Of a DNA stretch of 32,000 nucleotides, positions 9,797 through 19,685 are shown piece by piece. Made by a program: the position numbers and the translations under genes. Under the pieces are notes generated by a model, which had not been told where the DNA came from, ran no database searches, and saw only the letters and a list, made by a program, of their open reading frames with translations. This DNA comes from Candidatus Saccharimonadota bacterium (lineage in GTDB: Bacteria; Bacteroidota; Bacteroidia; Flavobacteriales; Blattabacteriaceae): assembly GCF_014251775.1 (NCBI RefSeq), contig NZ_CP059199.1:510001-542000 (forward strand). The letters are read 5' to 3'. Position 1 is the first letter of the stretch; each line of letters opens with the position of its first letter.

Positions 9797-11062
9797 ATGA
9801 AAAATATTATAGATGAGTTATCATGGAGAAAATTAATCCAAGATAAAGTTTATGGAATAGAAGAACAATTAAAAAAACCTACAAAAACTTATATTGGATT
9901 TGATCCAACATCTGATTCTCTTCATATAGGTAGTCTATTACCAATTATAATATTAATTCACTTAAAAAGAATGGGACATCCAGTTTGTATTTTAATTGGA
10001 GGAGGAACAGGTATTATCGGTGATCCATCTGAAAGAAAAGATGAAAAAAAAATATTGAAAGAAAAAATATTAGAAAAAAATTTTTTTTCTATAAGAAATC
10101 AGATCAATAAAATTTTTAAATATTATTCAGAAAACGTAGAAATATTAAATAATTTTCAATGGATTAAAAATATTTCTTTTATAGATTTTATAAAAAATAT
10201 AGGAAAACATATTTCTATTAATTATTTAATGTCTAAAAATTCTATAAAAAAAAGAGTAGAAAATGGAATTTCTTTTAAAGAATTTTCTTATGCTCTTGTT
10301 CAAGGATATGATTTTTACTATTTAAATAAAATTAATAATTATCAATTACAAATTGGAGGTTCAGATCAATGGGGAAATATTACAACAGGAATAGAATTAA
10401 TAAAAAAAAAAACTGGAAAAAAGGTATATGGATTTACATTTCCACTAATAACAAAATCAAACGGTAAAAAATTTGGAAAAAGTGAAAATGAATATAATAT
10501 ATGGTTAGATAGCAAAAAAACATCTCCATATAAATTTTATCAATTTTGGATGAATCTTTCAGATTTAGAATCTGAAAGATATATTAAAATTTATACTTTT
10601 TTATCAAAAAAAAAAATATCAAATTTAATTATAAAACATAAAAAGAATCCTAATAAAAGATTATTACAAAAAAAATTAGCTTATAATCTTACTAATTGGA
10701 TCCATGGGAATAATAAATATCAAGAAATAATAAAAATTATATCTGTTTTATTTCAAAAAGACTATAAAATACTTCAAACCTTAAAAAAGGATGAATGTAT
10801 TTCTATATATAAAAATATACCTAATAAACTACTTTATAAAAATAAATTAAAAAAAGGATTTATTTTAATAGATTTATTAAAAGAAAGTGGATTATTCAAA
10901 TCTAAAAAACTTGCAAAAATTGCTATAAAATCAAAATCAATTTATGTAAATAAGATTTTAATTAAAGAAAATTTTATTATTAAAGAAAAAAATTTAATAC
11001 AAGAAGAATATATACTATTACAATTTGGTAAAAAAAATTTTTTAATTGTTAAATTTAAATAG
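9797..11062 (+). CDS. tyrS: Tyrosyl-tRNA synthetase
   Basis: GFDPTSDSLHIGSLLP (HIGH-type motif), GGSDQWGNIT, KFGKS (KMSKS-type motif), and a C-terminal S4-like domain. Confidence 0.95.
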   Translation: MKNIIDELSWRKLIQDKVYGIEEQLKKPTKTYIGFDPTSDSLHIGSLLPIIILIHLKRMGHPVCILIGGGTGIIGDPSERKDEKKILKEKILEKNFFSIRNQINKIFKYYSENVEILNNFQWIKNISFIDFIKNIGKHISINYLMSKNSIKKRVENGISFKEFSYALVQGYDFYYLNKINNYQLQIGGSDQWGNITTGIELIKKKTGKKVYGFTFPLITKSNGKKFGKSENEYNIWLDSKKTSPYKFYQFWMNLSDLESERYIKIYTFLSKKKISNLIIKHKKNPNKRLLQKKLAYNLTNWIHGNNKYQEIIKIISVLFQKDYKILQTLKKDECISIYKNIPNKLLYKNKLKKGFILIDLLKESGLFKSKKLAKIAIKSKSIYVNKILIKENFIIKEKNLIQEEYILLQFGKKNFLIVKFK

Positions 11063-11066
11063 ATTT

Positions 11067-11975
11067 TTAGTATCCAAAATATTTTAAATATTTATAATTA
11101 TTTCTCCAATTTTTACATATTTTAACAAATAAAAATAATATAATTTTTTTTTGAAAAAATTCTTCTATTTTTTTTATAGAAAAAAATTTTAATCTTTTTA
11201 AAGATTTCCCAGAATAACCTATTAATATATTTTTTTGTGAGTCTCTTTCCACATAAAGAATAGAAGATATTTCTATGTATTTTTCTTTTTGTTTAAAAAT
11301 TTCTGTCTTTATTTCTACAGAATAAGGGATTTCTCTTTTATATAAAAAAAATACTCTTTCTCTTATAATCTCATTAACAAAAAATCGTTTAGATCTATCA
11401 CTTAATAATTCTTTTGGATAAAATGGTTCATGTTCAGATAATAATACTTTTATTTTATCTATCAATAAATCTTGATTGGTTTTTTTTAATGCAGATATAG
11501 GCAATATTTCCGATTGAGGTAAAATATTACTCCAATAATCAATGGTTTTATATAGGATATTAAAATTTGATTTGATCTTATCAATTTTATTAATTAATAC
11601 AATGATAGGAATTTTATTATTGATTTGTTTAATAAAATTCATTAAGATTTTCTTCAATCTTTCTGTCTCTAATAAATTTTTAATTTTTCCTACTTCAGTC
11701 AGCAATAATATTATATCTGCATCTTCAAAAGATCTTATAACATATTTCATCATTTTTTTTTGTAAAAAATTTTTATTATGACTGATTAGTCCAGGGGTAT
11801 CAGAAAATACAATTTGTAAATTATATTTATTAAATATTCCTAATATTCTATGACGTGTAGTTTGTGGCTTATGTGTAATGATAGATATTTTCTCTCCAAT
11901 AATAGAATTCATTAAAGTTGATTTTCCTACATTAGGAAATCCTATAATACTAACAAAACCAGATTTATAAATCAA
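11067..11975 (-). CDS. era: GTPase Era
   Basis: G1 GFPNVGKST, G3 DTPG and G4 NKID motifs. C-terminal KH domain (EIPYSVEIKTE...). 302 aa. Confidence 0.93.
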   Translation of the reverse strand: MIYKSGFVSIIGFPNVGKSTLMNSIIGEKISIITHKPQTTRHRILGIFNKYNLQIVFSDTPGLISHNKNFLQKKMMKYVIRSFEDADIILLLTEVGKIKNLLETERLKKILMNFIKQINNKIPIIVLINKIDKIKSNFNILYKTIDYWSNILPQSEILPISALKKTNQDLLIDKIKVLLSEHEPFYPKELLSDRSKRFFVNEIIRERVFFLYKREIPYSVEIKTEIFKQKEKYIEISSILYVERDSQKNILIGYSGKSLKRLKFFSIKKIEEFFQKKIILFLFVKICKNWRNNYKYLKYFGY

Positions 11976-11979
11976 TTTA

Positions 11980-14595
11980 TTATTTTTTTATTTGTCTAAA
12001 TACAATTCCTTTTTCTTTAAAAAAGTCTATTAATATTTTATTATTATTGGTAATATTTCCTTTGATAATTTCTTTAGATAAATTATTTAAAATATCATTT
12101 TGAATTACTCTTTTTAAAGGTCTTGCTCCAAAATTTATATCATAGCCTTTATCCGAAAGAAATTCTATAGTTTCATTAGTAGATTCTACATAAATATTTT
12201 TATTCAATAATAATTTCCCTAATTTTTTCATTTGTAATTTTACTATTTTTTTTATTTCTATTCTAGAAAGAGGTTTAAATAAAATAATCTCATCAATACG
12301 ATTGATAAATTCTGGTCTAACTATTTTTTTTAACAAATCTATTAATGATCTTTTAGTAATTTCCATTATATTATAAGATATATTTTTATATAAATTTTCA
12401 TGAATGATATCAGATCCTATATTTGAAGTCATAATAATTATGGTATTTGTAAAATTTACTGTTCTCCCTTTATTATCAGTCAATCTTCCATCATCTAAAA
12501 CTTGTAAAAGAATATGAAAAATATCTGGATTAGCTTTTTCTATTTCATCCAACAAAATAACACTATAAGGTCTTCTTCTTATGGCTTCAGTTAATTGTCC
12601 CCCTTCTTCATATCCTATATATCCTGGGGGAGGACCTATCAATCTACTTATAGAATGACGTTCTTGATATTCACTCATATCTATACGTACCATATTATTT
12701 TCATCATCAAATAAATATTCTGTTATAGCTTTAGCCAATTCGGTTTTTCCTACCCCTGTACTACCCATAAAAAGGAAAGAACCAATAGGTCGTTTTTCAT
12801 CTTGTAATCCAGATCTAGAACGTCTTATAGTATTAGATATAGATTGAATTGCATCATTTTGACCAATAATTCTTTTATGTAATTCATTTTCTAATGATAA
12901 TAATTTGTCTTTTTCACTTTGTAACATTTTAGTTATAGGAATTCCAGTCCATTTAGATACTATTTGAGCAATATCTTCTCTAGATACTTCTTCACGTATA
13001 ATTTTATTTCCTTTGTCCTCTTGTTTTTTTAATTCCTTTTCAAAGAATTTAATTTTGTTTTCTTCTTCTTTAATTTTTCCATATCTTAATTCTGCTACTT
13101 TTCCATAATCACCTAATCTTTCAGCTTGTTCTGATTCAAATTTAAAACTTTCTATTTTATCCTTAGATTTTTGTATTCCTTCAACTAAATTTTTTTCATT
13201 CTGCCACTGAATTTCTAATCTTATTTTTTTTTTATTTAAATTATTTAATTCTTTTTTTAAAGAAATTAATTGTTTTTTATCATTTTCTCGTTTCAATGCT
13301 TCTACTTGAATTTCCATATACATAATTTTACGATATAAAATATCTAATTCTTCGGGTTTAGAATTCATATCTATTCTCAATTTAGAAGCAGCTTCGTCAA
13401 TAAGATCAATAGCTTTATCTGGTAAAAATCTTTCATTAATATATCTTTTAGATAATTCTACTGCTGCTATAATGGATTCATCTTTTATTTTTACTTTATG
13501 ATAACTTTCATATTTTTCTTTGACTCCACGTAAAATTGATATAGCATCAGTGATTGTTGGTTCATTCACATATACCTGTTGAAATCTCCTTTCTAAAGCT
13601 TTATCTACTCTAAAATATCTTTGATATTCATTTAACGTAGTGGCACCTATTGCTCTAAGATCACCCCTAGCTAATGCTGGTTTTAATATATTTGCCGCAT
13701 CCATTGCTCCTTCTCCTCCTCCTGTTCCAATTAAAGTATGAATTTCATCAATAAATAATATTATTTCTCCATTTGAATAAATAACTTCTTTTACTACTGA
13801 TTTTAACCTATCTTCAAATTCTCCTTTATACTTTGCACCTGCGATTAAAGAAGCCATATCTAAAGAATATACTTTTTTATTTTTTAAATTATCGGAAATA
13901 TCTTCACTAATAATTCTATGTGCTAGTCCTTCTGCAATAGCTGTTTTACCTACTCCTGGTTCTCCTATTAATATAGGATTATTTTTTTTTCGTCTAGATA
14001 AAATTTGTAAAATTCTTCGTATTTCTTCATCTCTTCCTACAACTGGATCCAGTTTTCCTTTTAAAGCTAATTCATTTAAATTTTTAGCATATCTATTTAA
14101 AACATTATATACTTTTTCTTTATAATACGAAGAAAAATTTTCTTCTTTTTTTCTAATATTATTAATTATTATCTTTATTTTTTTTTCTGTAATACCTTGA
14201 TCTTGTAGCATTTGAGATGTTTTATCAGAATTCATAAAAATTCCATAAAAAATATGTTCTACTGATATAAGTTGGTCTTTTAAAAGAAAAGCATAATTTC
14301 TTGCTATATTTAGCATATTTATTACGTTAGAACTAATATGTTGACTAAAGCTTTCACTAATTACTCTTGGATAAGAAGATATTATACGATTTAACCCAAT
14401 AATTATTGAATAATGATCAACTCCTAACTCTTTTAATAAAATAGGAATTAATTTTTTTTCTAAATTCAACATTGATTTTAAAATATGAGCATTTTCAATA
14501 GATTGTTGACGTTCATCTAATGCTATTTTTTGTCCTTCTTGTATTATTTCTTTAGATTCCTTTGTAAGATTATCATTATCATTATAATTATTCAT
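11980..14595 (-). CDS. clpB: ATP-dependent chaperone/disaggregase ClpB
   Basis: Two AAA+ modules (GEPGVGKTAIAEGLA and GSTGVGKTELAKA) are separated by a long coiled-coil middle domain. 871 aa. Confidence 0.96.
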   Translation of the reverse strand: MNNYNDNDNLTKESKEIIQEGQKIALDERQQSIENAHILKSMLNLEKKLIPILLKELGVDHYSIIIGLNRIISSYPRVISESFSQHISSNVINMLNIARNYAFLLKDQLISVEHIFYGIFMNSDKTSQMLQDQGITEKKIKIIINNIRKKEENFSSYYKEKVYNVLNRYAKNLNELALKGKLDPVVGRDEEIRRILQILSRRKKNNPILIGEPGVGKTAIAEGLAHRIISEDISDNLKNKKVYSLDMASLIAGAKYKGEFEDRLKSVVKEVIYSNGEIILFIDEIHTLIGTGGGEGAMDAANILKPALARGDLRAIGATTLNEYQRYFRVDKALERRFQQVYVNEPTITDAISILRGVKEKYESYHKVKIKDESIIAAVELSKRYINERFLPDKAIDLIDEAASKLRIDMNSKPEELDILYRKIMYMEIQVEALKRENDKKQLISLKKELNNLNKKKIRLEIQWQNEKNLVEGIQKSKDKIESFKFESEQAERLGDYGKVAELRYGKIKEEENKIKFFEKELKKQEDKGNKIIREEVSREDIAQIVSKWTGIPITKMLQSEKDKLLSLENELHKRIIGQNDAIQSISNTIRRSRSGLQDEKRPIGSFLFMGSTGVGKTELAKAITEYLFDDENNMVRIDMSEYQERHSISRLIGPPPGYIGYEEGGQLTEAIRRRPYSVILLDEIEKANPDIFHILLQVLDDGRLTDNKGRTVNFTNTIIIMTSNIGSDIIHENLYKNISYNIMEITKRSLIDLLKKIVRPEFINRIDEIILFKPLSRIEIKKIVKLQMKKLGKLLLNKNIYVESTNETIEFLSDKGYDINFGARPLKRVIQNDILNNLSKEIIKGNITNNNKILIDFFKEKGIVFRQIKK

Positions 14596-14709
14596 AATTT
14601 TTTATATCATTGGTATTTTACTTTATACTTATTATACTTATATATAATAAAAATATAAATAAAATTTTATGATTATAATAATTTCATTAGACTTTATAAT
14701 TGATTCATT

Positions 14710-15819
14710 ATGATAAAACAAAAAGAAGAAATTAAAATTTTATCTAATAAAATTAATAACATTCGAAAAATATTAAATATAGAAAAAATACAAAAATCTT
14801 TTAAAGAAGAACAAAATAAAATGTTAGATCCAAATTTTTGGAAAAAAAATAAAAAAAATTCACAACATGTAGAACATATAAATAATATGAAAATAAATCT
14901 TGAAAAATTTTCAATTTTAAAAGATTTATTAGAAAATTTAAAAATAATACAAATTTTTTCTAAAGAAGAAAATTTAGATAAAGAATTTAATGAAAATTTA
15001 CATAAAATAAAAAAATTAATTTCAGATCTAGAATTAGAAAATATCTTTTATTCAAAAGAAGATTATTTAAATGCTATATTAAAAATTTGTTCTGGTGCAG
15101 GTGGGACTGAAAGTTGTGAATGGACAGCTATGTTAATGAGAATGTATATTATGTGGGCAGAAAAAAAAAATTTTTTAATCAAAAAAATTAACCAATTATC
15201 TGGAGATGTTACTGGGATTAAATCCATTACCTTAGAAATAAAAGGACGTTATGCATTTGGATATTTAAATGGAGAAAATGGCGTACATAGATTAATAAGA
15301 ATCTCCCCTTTTGATAGTAATTCAAAAAGACATACTTCATTTTCTTCTGTATATGTTTATCCAATTATAAATAATAATATCAATATTAAAATTAAAAATT
15401 CAGATATTCAATGGAATACTTATCGTTCAAGTGGTGCCGGAGGACAAAATGTTAATAAAGTTGAAACTGGAGTTAGATTACGACATATCCCTACAGGTAT
15501 TATCATAGAAAATACTGAATCTAGATCTCAAATACAAAATAGAAAAAAAGCATTACAATTATTAAAATATAAATTATTAGAAATAGAAATAATTAAAAAT
15601 AATAAAAAACAAGAAAAAATACAATCTAATAAAAAAAAAATAGAATGGGGATCTCAAATAAGAAACTATATTATGCATCCGTATAAATTAGTAAAAGATT
15701 TGAGGACAAATTATCAAACTAGCAATATACAATCTGTTATGAACGGAGAAATAGATATTTTTCTAAGAAAATATTTAATTTTTAAAAAAAGTATTTTTTA
15801 TAAAAAAAATTTGAGTTGA
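14710..15819 (+). CDS. prfB: Peptide chain release factor 2, encoded as one uninterrupted ORF
   Basis: RF2-specific SPF tripeptide (RISPFDS) and GGQ motif ([14 protein letters not shown]). An in-frame TGA lies 9 nt upstream of the ATG, so there is no upstream frame-0 leader ORF. Confidence 0.93.
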   Translation: MIKQKEEIKILSNKINNIRKILNIEKIQKSFKEEQNKMLDPNFWKKNKKNSQHVEHINNMKINLEKFSILKDLLENLKIIQIFSKEENLDKEFNENLHKIKKLISDLELENIFYSKEDYLNAILKICSGAGGTESCEWTAMLMRMYIMWAEKKNFLIKKINQLSGDVTGIKSITLEIKGRYAFGYLNGENGVHRLIRISPFDSNSKRHTSFSSVYVYPIINNNINIKIKNSDIQWNTYRSSGAGGQNVNKVETGVRLRHIPTGIIIENTESRSQIQNRKKALQLLKYKLLEIEIIKNNKKQEKIQSNKKKIEWGSQIRNYIMHPYKLVKDLRTNYQTSNIQSVMNGEIDIFLRKYLIFKKSIFYKKNLS

Positions 15820-15829
15820 ATAATTAATA

Positions 15830-16537
15830 ATGAAATACGGGAAAAATAAAAAAATTGTTATAGCTGTAGATGGACTTTCATCATCTGGAAAAAGTACTTT
15901 ATCCAAAAAAATTTCAGAAAAATTCCAATATAAATATATAGATACTGGATCTATTTATAGAATAATTACTTTATTAGCAATTCGTAAGAATATTTTTAAT
16001 AGTGATTTATGGAATATAAAAAATTTTATTTCTTCCATATCCATAGAAGAAATAAATAATTTAAATGTTATTTTAAATAAAAAAAATATAAAGTCTAAAA
16101 TTAGATCAATCGAGGTAACTAATAAAGTTCCATTTATCTCTAGAATTCCTGAGATTAGAAAAAAATTAATTTCTATACAAAGAAATATGATAAAAAAAGA
16201 AAAAAATGGAGTAATAGTAGATGGAAGAGATATTGGAAATTGTGTATTTCCGAAATCAGAATTAAAATTTTTTATTAAAGGATCTATAGATATTCGTTCT
16301 TATAGAAGATATAAAGATCTACTTAATAATAAAACAGAAAAAAATAAAAATATTTCTTATGAAGAAGTAAAAAAAAAAATATTATTTAGAGATGAAATGG
16401 ATATAAATAGAAAAATTTCTCCATTAAAAAAATCTATCAATCATATAGAAATAAATAATAACAATTATTCTATAGATGTACCATTAAATTTAATTTATAA
16501 AATTATAAAAAAAAAATTTTATGAAACTTCTAAATAA
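15830..16537 (+). CDS. cmk: Cytidylate kinase
   Basis: P-loop VDGLSSSGKST, plus DTGSIYR and DGRDIG motifs. 235 aa. Confidence 0.9.
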   Translation: MKYGKNKKIVIAVDGLSSSGKSTLSKKISEKFQYKYIDTGSIYRIITLLAIRKNIFNSDLWNIKNFISSISIEEINNLNVILNKKNIKSKIRSIEVTNKVPFISRIPEIRKKLISIQRNMIKKEKNGVIVDGRDIGNCVFPKSELKFFIKGSIDIRSYRRYKDLLNNKTEKNKNISYEEVKKKILFRDEMDINRKISPLKKSINHIEINNNNYSIDVPLNLIYKIIKKKFYETSK

Positions 16538-17258
16538 AAAAATTGCTTTAATAACTGGAGGATCAGGAGATATAGGACAATCTATAATAAAAACTTTTAT
16601 CCATAATGGTGCTAAAGTTATTTTTACATATCTTTCTTCAGAAGAAGAATCAAAAAAATTAGAAAAAAAATTTAAAGAATTAGCAAAAGGATATAAAGTG
16701 GATGTATCGAATAAAAATTCTTGTAAAATATTTTTAAAAGAAATATTACATAAATATCCAAATATAGATATATTGGTAAATAATGTTGGAATTGTAAAAG
16801 ATTCTTTTTTAATAAGAATGTCTGATGATAAATGGGATGAAGTAATTCAAACAAATCTTTATTCTGTTTTTCAGATTACTAAAAATGTAATTTATTATTC
16901 AATGATTAGACAAAAAAAAGGAAATATAATTAATATGAGTTCTGTAATTGGGATAACAGGTAATATAGGACAATCTAATTATGCTGCATCTAAAGCCGGA
17001 ATAATTGGATTTACTAAATCAATAGCTAAAGAATTTGGAAAAAAAAATATTCGTTGTAATGCTATCGCTCCTGGATATATATCCACAAGAATGAATTCTA
17101 ATTTAGACTATAAAACAAAAGCTAATTGGATTAATAAAATTCCATTAGGAAGATCGGGAAGTCCAAAAGAAGTATCCAATTGTGTTTTATTCTTAGCATC
17201 AGAACTTTCTAGTTATATTACAGGGACTACATTAAATGTAAATGGAGGTATGATTTAG
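16521..17258 (+). CDS. fabG: 3-oxoacyl-[acyl-carrier-protein] reductase
   Basis: Classical SDR motifs: TGGSGDIG, NNVG, and SSV...YAASKAG (Ser-Tyr-Lys catalytic residues). The NxG..D..L.RM....W..VI.TNL pattern is FabG-like. Overlaps cmk by 17 bp. Confidence 0.88.
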   Translation: MKLLNKKIALITGGSGDIGQSIIKTFIHNGAKVIFTYLSSEEESKKLEKKFKELAKGYKVDVSNKNSCKIFLKEILHKYPNIDILVNNVGIVKDSFLIRMSDDKWDEVIQTNLYSVFQITKNVIYYSMIRQKKGNIINMSSVIGITGNIGQSNYAASKAGIIGFTKSIAKEFGKKNIRCNAIAPGYISTRMNSNLDYKTKANWINKIPLGRSGSPKEVSNCVLFLASELSSYITGTTLNVNGGMI

Positions 17259-17277
17259 AAAAAATATTTATTTAATA

Positions 17278-18966
17278 ATGATTTATTCAAATAAAAAAGT
17301 AGTACAAATTTTAGGTGAAATTTTTCAAAAAAAATTAATTTTTAATATAATAATATCACCTGGATCTAGAAATGCTCCAATCATTATTCATTTTACACAA
17401 AATAAAATATTTAATACTTATAGCATAATAGATGAAAGATGTGCGGGTTTTTTTGCATTAGGAATGGCACAAAAATTAAAACAACCAGTAGTAATTAATT
17501 GTACTTCTGGATCATCAGTCGTTAATTATTATCCTTCAATAACAGAAGCTTTTTATCAAAAAATTCCAATTATTATTGTTACTGCAGATCGTCCTAATAA
17601 AAAAATAAATATATTAGAAGGACAAACCATTCACCAAGAAAATATTTTTAAAAATCATGTAGTATCATTTTCACAATTAACAGAAGATGAATCTAAAATT
17701 GGAATATGGTATAATAATAATCTAATTAATGAATCTATAAATAAATGTATTTTAACTAGTCAACCAGTACATATTAATATTCCTTTTTCTGAACCACTTT
17801 ATGAGATTACCAATTCATTACAAGTGGAAATAAAAAATATTAAAATTTTTCCCACTAAAAAATATATAAAAAAACATCTTTTTTATAAAGAAAAAAAAAT
17901 ATGGAATAATTGTAAAAAAAAAATGATCCTATTAGGATTAAATAATTATTATAATAACATTAAAAAATTAAAACAAATTTTAGAAAAAATTTGTTTAGAT
18001 CCATCTATTATAATTTTTTCAGAATCTACATCTCATATCAATGGTGATATGTTTTTTTCTAATATAGATCAAATATTTTACTCTATGGATTTAAAAAAAT
18101 GGAAAAAATTTAAACCTACTATTTTAATTACTTTTGGAATAAACATCATCTCTAAAAGAATTAGATCATTTTTAAGAAATTCCCCCCCTAAATATCATTG
18201 GCATATTGGAGATAATTATGAAAAATATCCAGATACTTATTATAAATTAAATACCTATTGGTCAATAGATCCAGAATTATTTTTTAAAATAATTATTAAT
18301 GATAATTTTATATATTCTAATTATAGAAAAAGTTGGATAAACTTTATAAAAGTTAAAATGAATAAACAAGAAAAATTTTTAAAAAATGAAAATAAATTTT
18401 CAGATTTAAAAGTAATTTTTTTTATTTTTTCTAAAATTCCAAAAAATTCTATTTTACATTTAGGAAATAGTATGATTATTAGATATTATCAATTTTTTAA
18501 TAAAAAAAAAACCATATCTTATTGCAATAGAGGAACTTCAGGAATTGAAGGTAGTGTGTCAACTGCTATAGGATATTCTATTCTTAGTAAAAAAACTGTT
18601 ACATTAATAATTGGAGATATAAGTTTTTTTTATGATAGCAATGCTTTATGGAATAATTATACTCCTAATAATTTTAGAATTATACTTATCAATAATGGAA
18701 AAGGAAATATATTTGATATTGTTTCAAATAAAAAATTTTCTAGTAAAACCAATAATTTTTTTAAAACTAAACATACACTATCTGCAAAAAATATATGTAA
18801 AATGTACAATTGGAATTATATAAATGTATGTGATCAAAAAAATTTAGAAAAAAATTTAATTTTTTTTTGGAAAAAAACTAATAATCCGTTTTTATTAGAA
18901 ATCAATACTAAAAAATGTAATAATACAAATATTTTTAAAAAATTTTTATACTATACTAGTAAATAG
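17278..18966 (+). CDS. menD: 2-succinyl-5-enolpyruvyl-6-hydroxy-3-cyclohexene-1-carboxylate synthase (menaquinone pathway, ThDP enzyme)
   Basis: PGSRNAP, DERCAGFFALGMAQ, and the ThDP-binding GDISFFYDSNAL...NNGKGNIF. 562 aa. Confidence 0.88.
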   Translation: MIYSNKKVVQILGEIFQKKLIFNIIISPGSRNAPIIIHFTQNKIFNTYSIIDERCAGFFALGMAQKLKQPVVINCTSGSSVVNYYPSITEAFYQKIPIIIVTADRPNKKINILEGQTIHQENIFKNHVVSFSQLTEDESKIGIWYNNNLINESINKCILTSQPVHINIPFSEPLYEITNSLQVEIKNIKIFPTKKYIKKHLFYKEKKIWNNCKKKMILLGLNNYYNNIKKLKQILEKICLDPSIIIFSESTSHINGDMFFSNIDQIFYSMDLKKWKKFKPTILITFGINIISKRIRSFLRNSPPKYHWHIGDNYEKYPDTYYKLNTYWSIDPELFFKIIINDNFIYSNYRKSWINFIKVKMNKQEKFLKNENKFSDLKVIFFIFSKIPKNSILHLGNSMIIRYYQFFNKKKTISYCNRGTSGIEGSVSTAIGYSILSKKTVTLIIGDISFFYDSNALWNNYTPNNFRIILINNGKGNIFDIVSNKKFSSKTNNFFKTKHTLSAKNICKMYNWNYINVCDQKNLEKNLIFFWKKTNNPFLLEINTKKCNNTNIFKKFLYYTSK

Positions 18967-18973
18967 ATATAAA

Positions 18974-19528
18974 CTAATAAAACCAATAAAAATAAATAAC
19001 ATCCCAAAAAACTTTAATTCTAGCTAAAATTTCTCTTAAATACATTTTAATATTGAAAGACGTCCCTAACGCATTAAATCCGGTAATATCTAATCCAATA
19101 CAATTTCCGATAAAAATTGCTCTTTCATTATGAAATTTTTGAGATATTATTGTAAATTTTTTTTGATGAAAATTTTTATAAATCATCATTATAGAATTAA
19201 TAGTATTTATTCCATACAAATCTTCATATATAAAATTATAAGGGATCCCTCTTTTTATTAATTCTTCTTTCATCATTTCAGGTTCATTATAATTTTTATT
19301 TCTATTATCTCCACTAACAATAATATATCTTATTTTTTTGCTTTTAAAAAGCATTTCGACCGCTTCTATTCTAGATTTAAAATAAAAATTAATTTTTTTG
19401 TCTCTATTTGAATATTTCGATGTTCCTAAAACTACCCCATAAGTATTATATGGAATTATTTTTACAGAATCATAATTTTTTTTAAAAGCAAAAATACTTA
19501 TTCCAACAGAACAAAAAAATACAATCAT
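18974..19528 (-). CDS. sanA: SanA/YdcF (DUF218) family envelope protein
   Basis: VSGDNRNKNYNEPEMMKEELIKRGIP and ISQKFHNERAIFIG match the SanA signature SGDN..YNEP..M / SQ.FH..RA. The N-terminal hydrophobic segment is short. Confidence 0.7.
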   Translation of the reverse strand: MIVFFCSVGISIFAFKKNYDSVKIIPYNTYGVVLGTSKYSNRDKKINFYFKSRIEAVEMLFKSKKIRYIIVSGDNRNKNYNEPEMMKEELIKRGIPYNFIYEDLYGINTINSIMMIYKNFHQKKFTIISQKFHNERAIFIGNCIGLDITGFNALGTSFNIKMYLREILARIKVFWDVIYFYWFY

Positions 19529-19589
19529 CGAAACTAAAATAAAAAAATATATGTTATTTTTTTCATTTTTTCAATATATTTTTAACGAT

Positions 19590-19605
19590 CTATCACACTA
19601 TCACA
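19590..19605. repeat. Perfect tandem duplication CTATCACA-CTATCACA in the secA-sanA spacer
   Basis: Read directly: ...aacgat CTATCACA CTATCACA gactatt... On the minus (coding) strand it is TGTGATAG x2, about 60-75 nt upstream of the sanA start. It is the most G+C-containing patch of a 157-bp spacer. Confidence 0.6.
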
Positions 19606-19685
19606 GACTATTTTTATTAATAAAAATTATTCATTTACTTAGATATATAATGATATTACTATTCTATTATTTTCAAATTTTATTT

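Noticed and set aside
19590-19605. The CTATCACA tandem repeat as DnaA boxes, making the AT-rich spacer a replication origin.
   Set aside because: Each copy differs from TTATCCACA at 2-3 positions. No further boxes are present, and there is no dnaA/dnaN context. AT-richness is not distinctive in this genome. Kept only as a possible regulatory repeat.
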